A stretch of 64,000 nucleotides of DNA, from the NCBI GenBank assembly GCA_963764715.1, contig CAVXTP010000022.1:192001-256000 (forward strand), given 5' to 3'. A model generated the notes under the pieces. It was not told the DNA's origin and did no database searches. It saw only the letters and a program-made list of their open reading frames with translations. Each line of letters starts with the position of its first letter. Within the stretch, counting starts at the first letter, position 1. Made by a program: the position numbers and the translations under genes. Positions 30,833 through 41,407 of this stretch are shown here, one piece after another. The DNA is from an uncultured Acidobacteriota bacterium. GTDB lineage: Bacteria > Acidobacteriota > Thermoanaerobaculia > UBA5066 > Gp7-AA6.

Positions 30833-31662
30833 GCCGGGACCCGCCCCCGCCCCATGGCCCAGCGCACGCACGCCAGCAGCACGAGGCCGGCCCCGAGCGT
30901 CGTGACGATCGTGGCGCCGGTCGGCAGGTCCCAGAGGTAGGAGAGGTATACGCCGACGGCCGAGCTGAGGGCGCCCATGCCCCAGCCGATCGCGAGGCGG
31001 ACACCGAGCCGCGTCGAGAAGAGCATCGCCGAAACGGCCGGGACGATCAGGTACGAAAAGACCAGGAGGACCCCGGCAATCGGCACGGCCGAGGTCACGA
31101 CGAGTCCGAAGGAGCTGTAGAAGAGGAAATCCCAGAAGCGAATTGAGAGTCCCTGCCGCTCGGCCTCGGGCTCGTTCATCGAGATCAGGAGGAACTTCCG
31201 GCGGAGCGCGAAGTGGAAGGCCCCGACGAGCACGAAGAGGCCGGCCGTCTTCGCGAGCTCCGTCCAGGAGACCGAGAGGATGTTGCCGACCAGCATCTCC
31301 TTCAGGTGCTCGGTCTCGCCCGTGGCCTTGGACATCGCCAGGATCGAAGCGGCCGCCGCGACGGCGTAGGCGATCCCGATGATCGCCTCCTGGGGAATGC
31401 GGGTGCTGCGGTGCACCCGGGACAGCGCGAACACGGCGGCGCCGATCAGCGCGAAGCCGAGCGAGAACACGTGTCCCATGTCCGTGTGCATGTCGTAGCC
31501 GGCGAGGATGCCGACGGTCGTGCCGAGCGCGGCGATCTGGGCGAGCGAGAGGTCCACGAAGATCACGCCGCGCTCGACGACGTGCACGCCGAGGTACGCG
31601 AGCATCCCGGTGACGATGAGCCCGGCGACGAACGCCGGCAGGAGGACCTCGAAAACGCTCAT
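30829..31662 (-). CDS. Zn/Mn ABC-type transporter permease (ZnuB/MntB-like)
   Basis: LGVHVVERGVIFVDLSLAQ, EAIIG, GVLLVFSYLIVPA, DLPTGA. Confidence 0.9.
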   Translation of the reverse strand: MSVFEVLLPAFVAGLIVTGMLAYLGVHVVERGVIFVDLSLAQIAALGTTVGILAGYDMHTDMGHVFSLGFALIGAAVFALSRVHRSTRIPQEAIIGIAYAVAAAASILAMSKATGETEHLKEMLVGNILSVSWTELAKTAGLFVLVGAFHFALRRKFLLISMNEPEAERQGLSIRFWDFLFYSSFGLVVTSAVPIAGVLLVFSYLIVPAVSAMLFSTRLGVRLAIGWGMGALSSAVGVYLSYLWDLPTGATIVTTLGAGLVLLACVRWAMGRGRVPA

Positions 31663-32588
31663 GGCCTGGCTCCCTTCTTCGCGGCGAGGGCGCCGGCGAG
31701 AAGCTTCACGTCGTAGTCGAAGAGGGCTACGTAGTCCTTCGCCTCCGGGACGCCTCCGACCGAGGGGATGAAGGTCACGAGCGTCGCGCCCGTCTTCTCG
31801 GCCACGGCCTTCGGCGTCTTCTGGTCGAAGTAGGGCTCCATGAGGATGACCGGGATCTTCTTCTCGATCATCATGTTGATGAGGTCCACGGTGTGCGCGG
31901 GGGACGGCGGCACGCCGGGCTTGGGCTCGATGTAGCCGGCCGCGACGAGCTTGTAGTGCTTGAGAAAGTTCGGCCAGGAGTTGTGGTACGTGACGAGCTC
32001 GGTCCCGGCGTAGGGTCCGAGCTCAGCCTGCCAGCGCTTTTCGCCCTCGTTCAGCTTCGCCTCGAACGCGGCGAGGTTCGCGGCGTACTCGGCGGCGCCC
32101 GGGGGATCGAGCTTCGTCAGGCGGTCGGCGATCGAGTGCGCGATGACCCGGCCGTTGTCGGGGTCCAGCCAGTAGTGGGGATTGCCGAACGGGTGGACGT
32201 CGCCCATGGCGCGGGTCACCGTTCCGGTCGGCCGTTCGAGGATGTCGCAGCCCGACGAGACGTCGAGGTACCCCGACGCCCCCGGCCGGATCTTGTCGTT
32301 CCGGCTCTGGTCGATCAAGGGCGGCAGGTAGCCGATCTCGAGCTCGAGGCCCGCCACGATCAGGAGGTCCGCGCGCGAGAGCTTGAGGACGAAGGACGGC
32401 TTGGGCTCCACGAAGTGCGGGTCCTGGTACCCCTTCGCCAGCGCGAAGGTCTCGACGCGCTTGCCGCCGACGGCGTCGGCGATCGAGGCGAAGTCCTGGA
32501 GGCTGGTGACGATTCGGACGGCAGCGGAAGCCGACGACGCGGACAGGACGAAGAGCGTGGCGGCGAGGAGAGTCATGATGCGTTTCAT
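31659..32588 (-). CDS. Zn/Mn ABC-type substrate-binding protein (cluster A-I)
   Basis: Signal peptide, QDPHFVEPKP, GLELE, GNPHYWLDP, TYHNSW. Confidence 0.92.
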   Translation of the reverse strand: MKRIMTLLAATLFVLSASSASAAVRIVTSLQDFASIADAVGGKRVETFALAKGYQDPHFVEPKPSFVLKLSRADLLIVAGLELEIGYLPPLIDQSRNDKIRPGASGYLDVSSGCDILERPTGTVTRAMGDVHPFGNPHYWLDPDNGRVIAHSIADRLTKLDPPGAAEYAANLAAFEAKLNEGEKRWQAELGPYAGTELVTYHNSWPNFLKHYKLVAAGYIEPKPGVPPSPAHTVDLINMMIEKKIPVILMEPYFDQKTPKAVAEKTGATLVTFIPSVGGVPEAKDYVALFDYDVKLLAGALAAKKGARP

Positions 32589-32595
32589 GCGTACC

Positions 32596-33744
32596 TCAAA
32601 AAGGATGGGCGCCGTGGGCGCCGATGGCGAACTGGATCTGCAGGAAGCCTTCGTTGGCCCGGATGCCGGGAGCGTACTCCCGGTACCGGTACTCGGCGCG
32701 GAGCATCGAGAACTCGCTCGGCATGAACGTGAACGTCGCGGCGACCCCCTTGTCCCGCTGCGTCGCGTCGGTGGCGTGGTCCGAGAACTCGTACCGCGCT
32801 CCCGTGTACCAGCGGCGGCCGAGCTGGTAGTCGCCGCCGACGAAGAAGCCCTGCGCGTTCTGCTTGCCGTCGGGCTGCTCGCGCTGGCTCCAGAAGTACT
32901 CGCTGCGCAGGATGAACGAGCGGTACGGCTTTCCCTGGAGCGGCTTCCACCGGTAGACGAGATGGACGTTCTGGAGGCTCGTCGTGTTCGTCAGCGACGT
33001 GCCGTTGTGGCCGTACGCGTACGAGAAGCCCATCTCGAGGTTGTGGTCGTCGCCGAAGTCACGGTAGGCGCGGTACTGGCCGTTGTACGAGAGGTCGCCC
33101 TTGGAGGGCGCCGCGAAGAGAGGCTCGGAGCTGCCGTCGACGACCTGGAAGTAGGCCTCCGAGTAGGTGTCCCCTGGAAGCTCGATGACCTTGGAGAGCG
33201 AGATGCCCTCGCCCTCCCAGGTGTCCGGGGAGAGCAGGAGATCGTCGAACGGCAGGGGCTCGTCCACCCACGGCAGGACGTGAAGGTGCATCGTGTTGAC
33301 CTTGCCGAACTGCATCTTGAACTTCCCGGCCTTCGCCTGCATCTGCCAGGGCAGCGACAGGAACGTGACGTAGCCCTCCTCGATGTCGACGCCGTCGTTG
33401 TTGAACGAGAGGAACAGGTCGGCGCGGGCGTACGGATCGACGACCGCCTGGAAAGAGATCTCCGACTCCTCGACCTGGAACGCGGGGGAGGGCTGGACGG
33501 GGTTGTGGCCGACGGACGCGAGGAAGTTTCCGATGACGGCGATCGCCGGATTGAAGAACGTCGGGTTGACGGCGGGGGCCGCCGCCGGAGCGGGCGGGGG
33601 AGGCGGGGGCTCGGGCGCCGGCGTCGGTTCGGGGGCGGGCGCGGCGGGAACGGGCGTCGGTGTCGGCGACGGCGTGTCCTGCGCCCGGGCGCTCAGCGCG
33701 GCGCAGAGCGCCGCGGCGAAAACCAGAGTTGTTCGGACTTTCAA
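32596..33744 (-). CDS. outer-membrane beta-barrel protein associated with metal uptake
   Basis: Signal peptide, Pro-rich linker, amphipathic beta pattern, NTMHLH motif, C-terminal QFAIGAHGAHPF; TTG start with GGAGG SD. Confidence 0.78.
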   Translation of the reverse strand: MKVRTTLVFAAALCAALSARAQDTPSPTPTPVPAAPAPEPTPAPEPPPPPPAPAAAPAVNPTFFNPAIAVIGNFLASVGHNPVQPSPAFQVEESEISFQAVVDPYARADLFLSFNNDGVDIEEGYVTFLSLPWQMQAKAGKFKMQFGKVNTMHLHVLPWVDEPLPFDDLLLSPDTWEGEGISLSKVIELPGDTYSEAYFQVVDGSSEPLFAAPSKGDLSYNGQYRAYRDFGDDHNLEMGFSYAYGHNGTSLTNTTSLQNVHLVYRWKPLQGKPYRSFILRSEYFWSQREQPDGKQNAQGFFVGGDYQLGRRWYTGARYEFSDHATDATQRDKGVAATFTFMPSEFSMLRAEYRYREYAPGIRANEGFLQIQFAIGAHGAHPF

Positions 33745-33746
33745 AA

Positions 33747-33820
33747 TCTCCTCCCGGCTTCGACTCGGAGCGGGCCGCGGAATGCGGCCGCGCGTCTTAC
33801 GAGCGGCCGGAAGGAGGAGA
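33747..33820 (-). promoter_or_regulatory. SD-sequestering stem formed by the leader's S-P-P-S-G codons
   Basis: mRNA UCUCCUCCUUCCGGC (33820-33806) is complementary to GCCGGGAGGAGA (33758-33747), which contains the SD of the barrel gene. Confidence 0.7.
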
Positions 33821-34120
33821 GCGGCCCGGGAGGTCGAGGGCCGCGCGGCGGGAGAGGGCGCCGGTTTCGAGAGCGAAAGCGACGCGGGCGTCGGACGAAT
33901 CCACGGCGAGCGGATCGGGGGCCGGCGTCAGCAGCGCGGCCGCGTGCGTCAGGCAGGCGGGGCAGGCGTGGGGAGCGTCCTCCGGGTGGGCGCTCGAGAG
34001 GCCGCGGTGGGAGGCGAACCCGTCGGCGCCGATCGGCTCCGGGTGCAGGCCGAAGGCGGCGAGCAGCGCCAGCGCCGCGGCCGCCACCAGGACGGCCCGA
34101 ACCCCGGGCGCGGCTCTCAT
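33797..34120 (-). CDS. DUF2946/CruR/CutF-like leader (putative arrest) peptide
   Basis: 107 aa; hydrophobic signal-like N-terminus, His-rich HPEDAPHACPACLTH (CxxC), C-terminal GRSPP. Confidence 0.75.
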   Translation of the reverse strand: MRAAPGVRAVLVAAAALALLAAFGLHPEPIGADGFASHRGLSSAHPEDAPHACPACLTHAAALLTPAPDPLAVDSSDARVAFALETGALSRRAALDLPGRSPPSGRS

Positions 34121-34204
34121 CCGACGCAGCATTTCAGGCTCCCCAAGCAGGCGCCCGCGCATTCTATTCCGCGGAGGCCTCCGGGCGCTGCGTAGAATGC
34201 CGTC

Positions 34205-34867
34205 GTGACCACCGGTCCCCACGCCCTCGCGGCCCCCGGGCACGCGGCCCCGGCGGCCTCCGAGGCCCTGCGCCGGCGCATGCACTGGCTGCTCGGCCTG
34301 ACCTTCGTGCACGTCTTCGGCGAGGGCGGCCTCGCCCTCTTCGAGGCGGCCCGGACGGGCAGCCTCGCCCTGCTCGCTTTCGGCCTCGAGAGCGTCATCG
34401 AGGGGGGCGCGGCGCTCCTGGCCGTGAGGCACCTGCGCCACCTCGCCGACGAGGAGGAGGACCACGCGAGGCGCGACCAGATGCTCGCCCGCTGGATCGG
34501 CGTGTCGTTCCTCCTGCTCGCGACCTACACGCTGGGGCGGGGGACCTACGAGCTCATCGCGGGCAATCGCGTCGAACCGAGCGTGCTCGGCCTTCTGCTC
34601 ACGATCTTCGCCACGTTCGGCATGCCCGTCGTCGGGTACTTCAAGTGGAAGACGAGCCGGAGCCTTGGCAGCAAGGGACTGGCGGCCGAGGCCAAGGAGT
34701 CGATCGCCTGCTCGATCGACTCGGGGCTCACGATGCTGGCGATGGTCGCCGGTCTGCTGGCGTTGCCGCACTGGATCGACCCCGCCCTCTCGCTCCTGAT
34801 GGTGCCGTGGTTCCTGCGGGAAGGCCTCGCCCACGTGCGCGGCCGCGTCCACGCGCACGTCCACTGA
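34205..34867 (+). CDS. CDF-like cation transporter (TM domain only)
   Basis: GSLALLAFGLES.IE, LGSKGLAAEAKES, WIDPA motifs; His-rich tail HVRGRVHAHVH. Confidence 0.78.
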   Translation: MTTGPHALAAPGHAAPAASEALRRRMHWLLGLTFVHVFGEGGLALFEAARTGSLALLAFGLESVIEGGAALLAVRHLRHLADEEEDHARRDQMLARWIGVSFLLLATYTLGRGTYELIAGNRVEPSVLGLLLTIFATFGMPVVGYFKWKTSRSLGSKGLAAEAKESIACSIDSGLTMLAMVAGLLALPHWIDPALSLLMVPWFLREGLAHVRGRVHAHVH

Positions 34868-34975
34868 GACGAGGCTCCGCCGCGGGAGGGCGGGCGGGGC
34901 TCCGTTGTAGAATGGGCGCCGCCTGAATCCCCGGACAGGGTCAGCGCATATATCGTGTCGAAGGAGCATTTGCCG

Positions 34976-35305
34976 ATGTCGAATCCCAACGTTTCCCAGG
35001 TCTCCGACGCGAGCTTCGACGGGGACATTCTCAAGAGCCAGGTGCCCGTGCTGGTCGATTTCTGGGCGCCCTGGTGCGGACCCTGTCGCTCCGTCGCACC
35101 GATCGTGGACGACCTGGCGACGCAGTACGCGGGCAAGATCAAGGTCGCGAAGATCAACGTCGACGAGTCGACCGAGGTCGCCATGCGCTACCAGATCACC
35201 TCCATCCCCACCTTCATCCTCTTCAAGAACGGCCAGGTGGCGGACCGGGCCCTCGGCGCGCTGCCGAGGAGCGAGTTCGTCAAGCTCATCGACCGCAACC
35301 TCTGA
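34976..35305 (+). CDS. trxA: thioredoxin
   Basis: VLVDFWAPWCGPC, SIPT; GAAGGAG upstream. Confidence 0.96.
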   Translation: MSNPNVSQVSDASFDGDILKSQVPVLVDFWAPWCGPCRSVAPIVDDLATQYAGKIKVAKINVDESTEVAMRYQITSIPTFILFKNGQVADRALGALPRSEFVKLIDRNL

Positions 35306-35329
35306 GGCCGGGGCCGTCCCGGCGTTTCG

Positions 35330-35358
35330 AAAAGGGCCCCCGCGGGCCCTTTTTCTTT
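35330..35358 (+). terminator. intrinsic terminator after trxA
   Basis: AAAAGGGCCC-ccgc-GGGCCCTTTT followed by TCTTT. Confidence 0.85.
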
Positions 35359-35443
35359 GGCCCGATGTAAATTCGCGGCGCGCCGGCCTCGGAGGAGGAC
35401 GGTCGGGGAAGAAGGCTCCGGCGGGACCGGTTGGAAGGGGCGC

Positions 35444-36688
35444 ATGAAGAAACCACTGTGGGTGGCCGGCGTCGTGCTCGTGGTCGGCGCGGGCGCCTTT
35501 CTGCTGCTCGGAAGTCGGAAGAAGGCCGAGCCCAAGTACCGCACGGCCAGGGTCGAGCGTGGCAACGTCACGCAGACGGTCGCGGCGACGGGCACCCTGT
35601 CCGCGGTGACGACGGTCAAGGTGGGGAGCGTCGTCTCGGGCAACGTCGCGGCCCTCCACGCCGACTTCAACAAGAAGGTCAAGAAGGGCGACCTCCTCGC
35701 GGAGCTCGACCCGGCGCCGTTCATGGACAGGCTGGCTCAGGTGCGCGCGGCCCTGGAGAAGGCGCAGGTCGACCTCCGCAACTCCGAGATCTCCCTGCGG
35801 CGGCAGAAGGCCCTCTGGGACGAGAAGCTCGCGGCGCAGGCGGACCTCGACCAGGCGCAGGCCAACTTCGACTCGGCCGCCGCCGCCGTCAACCAGGCGA
35901 AGGCGTCGCTCGCCCAGGCCGAGACGGACCTGCGCAACAGCCGGATCACGGCCCCGATCGACGGCGTCGTCGTCGACCGCCAGTACGACGTGGGCCAGCC
36001 GGTGGCGGCGTCCTTCACCGCCCCCACGATCTTCACGATCGCGCAGGACCTCACGAAGATGCAGGTCTCGGCCGACGTCTCGGAGTCCGACATCGGTATG
36101 TGCAAGGTCGGCCAGCCGGTCCGGTTCACCGTCGACGCCTACCCCGACGAGACCTTTCGCGGGAAGATCGCGCAGATCCGGTTGAACGCGACCGTGAACC
36201 AGAACGTCGTGACTTATCCCGTGATCATCGAGGTCGACAATCCCGATCTCGCCCTCCGGCCGAGCATGACGGCGAACGTGTCGATCGACGTCGCCACGGT
36301 ACGCGACGTGCTGCGCGTTCCGAACGCCGCCCTGCGCTTCAAGCCGGAAGAGTCGGCGGCCTCTCCGGCCGCGGCGGCGGGCGGCGCCTCGGTCGAGGAG
36401 CGCGCGGCGCGCGGGACCGGAAGCGGGCCGGCCGGTGCGGCGCGCCAGTTCGACCGGTCCGGGGCCGGCGGCAAGCCGAAGCGGCCGGGGCAGACGGTCT
36501 ACACGCAGGGGCCCGGGGACAACGGCGCCCTGAAGCCGGTCGAGATTCGCGGGGGAATCACCGACGGGCGCTACACGCAGGTGGTCTCGGGAGATCTGAA
36601 GGAGGGGGACACCGTCGTCGTCGGTCTCGTGACGGCGAAGGTCGATTCCGCGGCGGGACGCAGCCCCGTGGGCGGCCGGAGATTCTGA
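35444..36688 (+). CDS. MacA-like periplasmic adaptor (membrane fusion protein)
   Basis: N-terminal TM, ATGTL...[24 protein letters not shown]. Confidence 0.9.
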   Translation: MKKPLWVAGVVLVVGAGAFLLLGSRKKAEPKYRTARVERGNVTQTVAATGTLSAVTTVKVGSVVSGNVAALHADFNKKVKKGDLLAELDPAPFMDRLAQVRAALEKAQVDLRNSEISLRRQKALWDEKLAAQADLDQAQANFDSAAAAVNQAKASLAQAETDLRNSRITAPIDGVVVDRQYDVGQPVAASFTAPTIFTIAQDLTKMQVSADVSESDIGMCKVGQPVRFTVDAYPDETFRGKIAQIRLNATVNQNVVTYPVIIEVDNPDLALRPSMTANVSIDVATVRDVLRVPNAALRFKPEESAASPAAAAGGASVEERAARGTGSGPAGAARQFDRSGAGGKPKRPGQTVYTQGPGDNGALKPVEIRGGITDGRYTQVVSGDLKEGDTVVVGLVTAKVDSAAGRSPVGGRRF

Positions 36689-36690
36689 CG

Positions 36691-37416
<726 letters not shown>

Positions 37417-37423
37417 GGGGGCC

Positions 37424-38641
37424 ATGCTGAAGTTCCTGACGATCCTGAAGGTCGGGCTCAAGGCGATCGCCCGCAACAAGATGCGCTCGATCCTGACGGC
37501 GCTCGGGATCATCATCGGCGTCGCCTGCGTGATCGCGATGATCGCCGTCGGCCAGGGCTCGCAGGAGGCGATCCAGGCCCAGATCTCTTCGCTCGGGACG
37601 AACTTCCTCATGATTTTTCCCGGAGTCGCCACGCAGTCGGGAGCGCGGATCTTCACCGGCCAGTCGACGATCACCGAGGAGGACGTCGAGGCCGTGCGGG
37701 CCGAGTGTCCCGCGGTCGCCTACGTGACGCCGATGTCGCGGTCGGCCGCCCAGATCGTGTCGGGCAGCATGAACTGGGGCACGAGCGTCCAGGGCGTGGG
37801 CGTCGAGTGGCCCTTCGTGCGTTCCTGGAACGTCGAGCGCGGCGTCTTCTTCGGCGAATCCGACGTGCGGGCCGCGGCCAAGGTCTGCGTCCTCGGATCG
37901 ACCGTCGCCAACGCCCTCTTCGAGGGCCAGGACCCGGTCGGACAGACCGTGCGGATCAAGAACTTTCCGTTCCGCGTGATCGGCGTGCTCGAGACCAAGG
38001 GCGGCAACTCCATGGGCCAGGACCAGGACGACGTGGCGATCGCCCCGTACACGACCGTGATGCGCCTGCTCAAGAAGACGCAGAAGATCGACATGTTCAT
38101 GGCGTCGGCCGTGTCCCGGTCGGCGGTCGAGGAGGCGCAGAAGCAGATCGAGGCGCTCCTGCGCCAGCGCCACCGGCTGGGGCCGGGCCAGGACTCCGAC
38201 TTCATGATCCGCTCGCAGCAGGAGATCGCCCAGACGGCGGACCAGACGTCCAAGACCCTTTCGGTGCTGCTCGCGTCGGCGGCTTCGATCTCGCTTCTCG
38301 TCGGCGGGATCGGGATCATGAACATCATGCTGGTCTCGGTCACGGAGCGGACGCGCGAGATCGGGATCCGCATGGCGATCGGGGCCAAGGGCCGGGACGT
38401 CCTCACCCAGTTTCTGATCGAGGCCCTGACCCTTTCGATCGCGGGCGGCGCCATCGGCGTCACCCTCGGCATCGCCGCCTCCCGGATCCTCGCCTGGAAG
38501 GCCGGCTGGCCGATCCACCTCGACGGCCGCGCCATCGCGCTCGCTTTCGGCTTCTCCGCCGCGATCGGGGTTTTTTTCGGTTTCTATCCAGCCCGAAAGG
38601 CATCGAGGCTGGATCCGATCGAGGCGTTGAGGTACGAGTAA
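37424..38641 (+). CDS. MacB-like ABC permease
   Basis: [55 protein letters not shown]. Confidence 0.93.
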   Translation: MLKFLTILKVGLKAIARNKMRSILTALGIIIGVACVIAMIAVGQGSQEAIQAQISSLGTNFLMIFPGVATQSGARIFTGQSTITEEDVEAVRAECPAVAYVTPMSRSAAQIVSGSMNWGTSVQGVGVEWPFVRSWNVERGVFFGESDVRAAAKVCVLGSTVANALFEGQDPVGQTVRIKNFPFRVIGVLETKGGNSMGQDQDDVAIAPYTTVMRLLKKTQKIDMFMASAVSRSAVEEAQKQIEALLRQRHRLGPGQDSDFMIRSQQEIAQTADQTSKTLSVLLASAASISLLVGGIGIMNIMLVSVTERTREIGIRMAIGAKGRDVLTQFLIEALTLSIAGGAIGVTLGIAASRILAWKAGWPIHLDGRAIALAFGFSAAIGVFFGFYPARKASRLDPIEALRYE

Positions 38642-38646
38642 GCAGC

Positions 38647-38722
38647 AGGCGGGAGGCAGTCGGCAGGAGGCAGGGATCGCCGTCTCCTCGACCTGCCTCC
38701 TGCATCCCGCCGCCTGCCTCCT
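38647..38722. repeat. second inverted heptamer tandem-repeat element
   Basis: aggcggg aggcagt cggcagg aggcagg ... cctgcct cctgcat cccgccg cctgcct, directly after permease stop. Confidence 0.8.
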
Positions 38723-38748
38723 GATCCGACCGGCGCTACAATTCCTCA

Positions 38749-41406
38749 GTGAAACCGCTTCCCTTCGAGCGCCTCTGGCGGCGCTTCGATCCGCGAACGA
38801 GCCTCGCGGCCCGGCTCCTGCTGGGCTCCTTCGTCGCCTTCCTCCTGCCGGCCGTCGTGTACGTCTTTCTGGTTCAGCGGCGGCTCTCGGCGCTCCAGAC
38901 GGCGTCGGCCGAGCAGGTGGCGGCCGTGCGGGTCACGGAGGCCTCGATCCGGATGGCGCAGGATGCGATCTTCCGGGCCGAGTGGATCGAGCGGCGGACC
39001 GAGGTGGCCGAGGAGGCGGCCTGGGCGATCGCGGCGGCGGCCGGCGAGGCCCTGCAGGCGACGGAGGCCCCGGGCGCGGGGAGCACGGCGCCCGACGCGC
39101 ACGGGCACGTCTGGACCGCCGTCCCGGAAGAAGGTTCGGTGGCCATCATCTCCTCGCGCCGTCCGGACGAGGCCGCGGCCCGCGGGGACCTCGCCCGGAC
39201 CCGCACCCTCGCTCCGCTGATGGCTCAGCTCCGGCGACGCCGCCCGTCGTTTCGCTCCGTGGGCCTCTGGACCGCCTCCGGCGTGGCTCGCCTCTCTCCG
39301 TGGATCGACTTCCACAAGGCCAACCAGGAGTCCGGGGGCGAGCTCGAGCGGTTTCTCTTCAACCGCGTGGCCCGGTTTCCGGAGGCGCCGCCGGCGGGCG
39401 GCGAGAAGGCGGTCTGGACGGAGGCGCACGCGGGGCCGTCGACGGGCCCGGCCGATCCGAGGTTCCCGACCCTCTTCGTGCCCGTCCGGGACGGGGCCGG
39501 CAAGCTGCTGGCGGGGGTCGCGATCGAGGTCGACGCGCGCCGGTACGTGAGCGAGGCGATGGAGACCTGGCAGGCGCCGGGGGACTTCTGGTTCTCGACC
39601 GATTCCGACGGGCACGTCGTCTCCATGACGCCGCGCGCCGCAGCCGTTCTCGGCTGGAACGGCGCGAGCGGCGCCCCGCTCGCCTCGGCGCCGGCGCCCG
39701 AGTTGAAGGACCTCGCGGCCCGGGGCCGGTCGGCGACGCGCTCGAGCGAGGAGTACCTGATCGACGGCAAGCGGGTCCGGATCGCCTCGGCGAGGCTCGG
39801 CTCGACCGGCTGGATCTTCTACGAGGGCCTGTCGCGCGAGGCCCTCGACACCATCCGGGGCGAAGCGGCGGCCGCGTTCTCGCCCTCCTCGCTCTCGACC
39901 CTTCGCCGCGACGTGCTGATGCTCTTCGTCCTCCTTCTGCCGGCGGCCCTCGTCGTCATCGGCATCGTGTCGCGCCGGGTTTCCGCTCCCGTCTCGCAGC
40001 TCGTCGGCGCGGCCGAGGAGATCGGCCGCGGGCGGACGGTGGAGGTCGGCGGCGGGGACCAGTCGGACGAGCTCGGCCGGCTCGCCGCCGCGATCGACAC
40101 GATGGGCCGCCGCGTCGCGCGTCGGGTCGAGACGCTGCGCCGGCTCCACCAGTTCTCGCGGTCGGCGTACCGCATGACCGACGTTCAAGAGGTCCTGGCC
40201 CGCTCGGCGCAGGCGATCGCGGCCTTCACCAACGCCGAGCGGGTCTGGTTCTACCTCTACGACCGGAACACCCATCGGCTCGAGGCGGCCGTGCCGGCCT
40301 TCAACCTCACCGAGGAAATCGCCTCCCGGCTCAAGGTCTCCGTCGACGCCCGCTCGATCGAGGGAATGGTCTTTCGGACCGGCGAGCCGTACTGCAGCCA
40401 CGACGTGGCGCGGGACCCGTACGCGAGCCAGGAGCTGGGCCGGCTCGTCGGAGCGTCCAACGGCGTCTACGCGCCGCTCAAGACGGAGGAGGAGACGCTC
40501 GGGGTCGCCGTCGCGATCAATCGCTCCGAGGGTTTCGGACAGGAGGAGATCGACGCGGTGACCTCGTTCGCGGACCTCGCGTCGCTGCTCCTGCGCAACG
40601 CCCGGCTCTACACGACGCTGGCCGGCACGGTCGACGAGCTCCGGCGGGCGAGCCGGCTCAAGGACCACTTCCTCCAGAACGTGAACCACGAGCTGCGCAC
40701 GCCCCTGACCGCGATCGTCGGGTGGACGGACCTCTTCGAGGAGCAGGAGGTCGACGACGCGACCCGCCGGCGGGGGATGCGGCAGATCCGCCAGTCGTCG
40801 CGCGTGCTCCTCGCCCTGATCGACGACCTGCTCGACCTCGCCCGCCTCGACCGCGGCGCGCTGACGCTCGACCTGAAGCCCGTCTTCCTCTCGGAGGTCG
40901 TGCAGCGCTCGATCGAGACCGTGCGGCTCATGGCCGAGGCGCGCGGCGTCGTGCTGATGGCCGCGCCGATGCCGGAGCCCATGGCCCCGGTGCGCGCCGA
41001 CGCCCTCCGGCTCCAGCAGGTCCTCTGGAACCTGCTCGCCAACGCCATCCACTTCACGCCGGAGCACGGCCGGGTCGTCGTCCGGGTGGAACGGGAGCCC
41101 GAGCGTTTTCTCGTCAGCGTCGAGGACGACGGCATCGGCATCCCCGACAGCGAGCTGCCGCACGTCTTCGAGCGGTTCCGGCAGGTCGACGGCTCGGCGA
41201 CGCGCGGCCACGCGGGGATGGGCATCGGGCTGGCGCTCGCGCGGTCGCTCGTCGAGCTGCACGGGGGGACGATCTGGGCCTCGAGCGTGGTCGGCCAGGG
41301 CAGCCGGTTCACCTTCGCGATCCCGATCCGGGGAGCGGAGCGGCGGGCGACGGACTCGGGTGGGGTGGCCTCGGCGGCGGGGATGCCCCGGGCCGCGGGC
41401 GACTGA
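38749..41406 (+). CDS. sensor histidine kinase (Cache-like, HAMP, GAF, HisKA, HATPase)
   Basis: Two TMs, DELGRLA HAMP, GAF, NHELRTPL, NLLANA, DDGIGI, GMGIGL. Confidence 0.92.
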   Translation: MKPLPFERLWRRFDPRTSLAARLLLGSFVAFLLPAVVYVFLVQRRLSALQTASAEQVAAVRVTEASIRMAQDAIFRAEWIERRTEVAEEAAWAIAAAAGEALQATEAPGAGSTAPDAHGHVWTAVPEEGSVAIISSRRPDEAAARGDLARTRTLAPLMAQLRRRRPSFRSVGLWTASGVARLSPWIDFHKANQESGGELERFLFNRVARFPEAPPAGGEKAVWTEAHAGPSTGPADPRFPTLFVPVRDGAGKLLAGVAIEVDARRYVSEAMETWQAPGDFWFSTDSDGHVVSMTPRAAAVLGWNGASGAPLASAPAPELKDLAARGRSATRSSEEYLIDGKRVRIASARLGSTGWIFYEGLSREALDTIRGEAAAAFSPSSLSTLRRDVLMLFVLLLPAALVVIGIVSRRVSAPVSQLVGAAEEIGRGRTVEVGGGDQSDELGRLAAAIDTMGRRVARRVETLRRLHQFSRSAYRMTDVQEVLARSAQAIAAFTNAERVWFYLYDRNTHRLEAAVPAFNLTEEIASRLKVSVDARSIEGMVFRTGEPYCSHDVARDPYASQELGRLVGASNGVYAPLKTEEETLGVAVAINRSEGFGQEEIDAVTSFADLASLLLRNARLYTTLAGTVDELRRASRLKDHFLQNVNHELRTPLTAIVGWTDLFEEQEVDDATRRRGMRQIRQSSRVLLALIDDLLDLARLDRGALTLDLKPVFLSEVVQRSIETVRLMAEARGVVLMAAPMPEPMAPVRADALRLQQVLWNLLANAIHFTPEHGRVVVRVEREPERFLVSVEDDGIGIPDSELPHVFERFRQVDGSATRGHAGMGIGLALARSLVELHGGTIWASSVVGQGSRFTFAIPIRGAERRATDSGGVASAAGMPRAAGD

Positions 41407-41407
41407 C

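Noticed and set aside
34121-34204. Zur/Fur operator or metal riboswitch upstream of the uptake operon
   Set aside because: No AT-rich inverted repeat or recognisable yybP-ykoY/NiCo motif in this short gap
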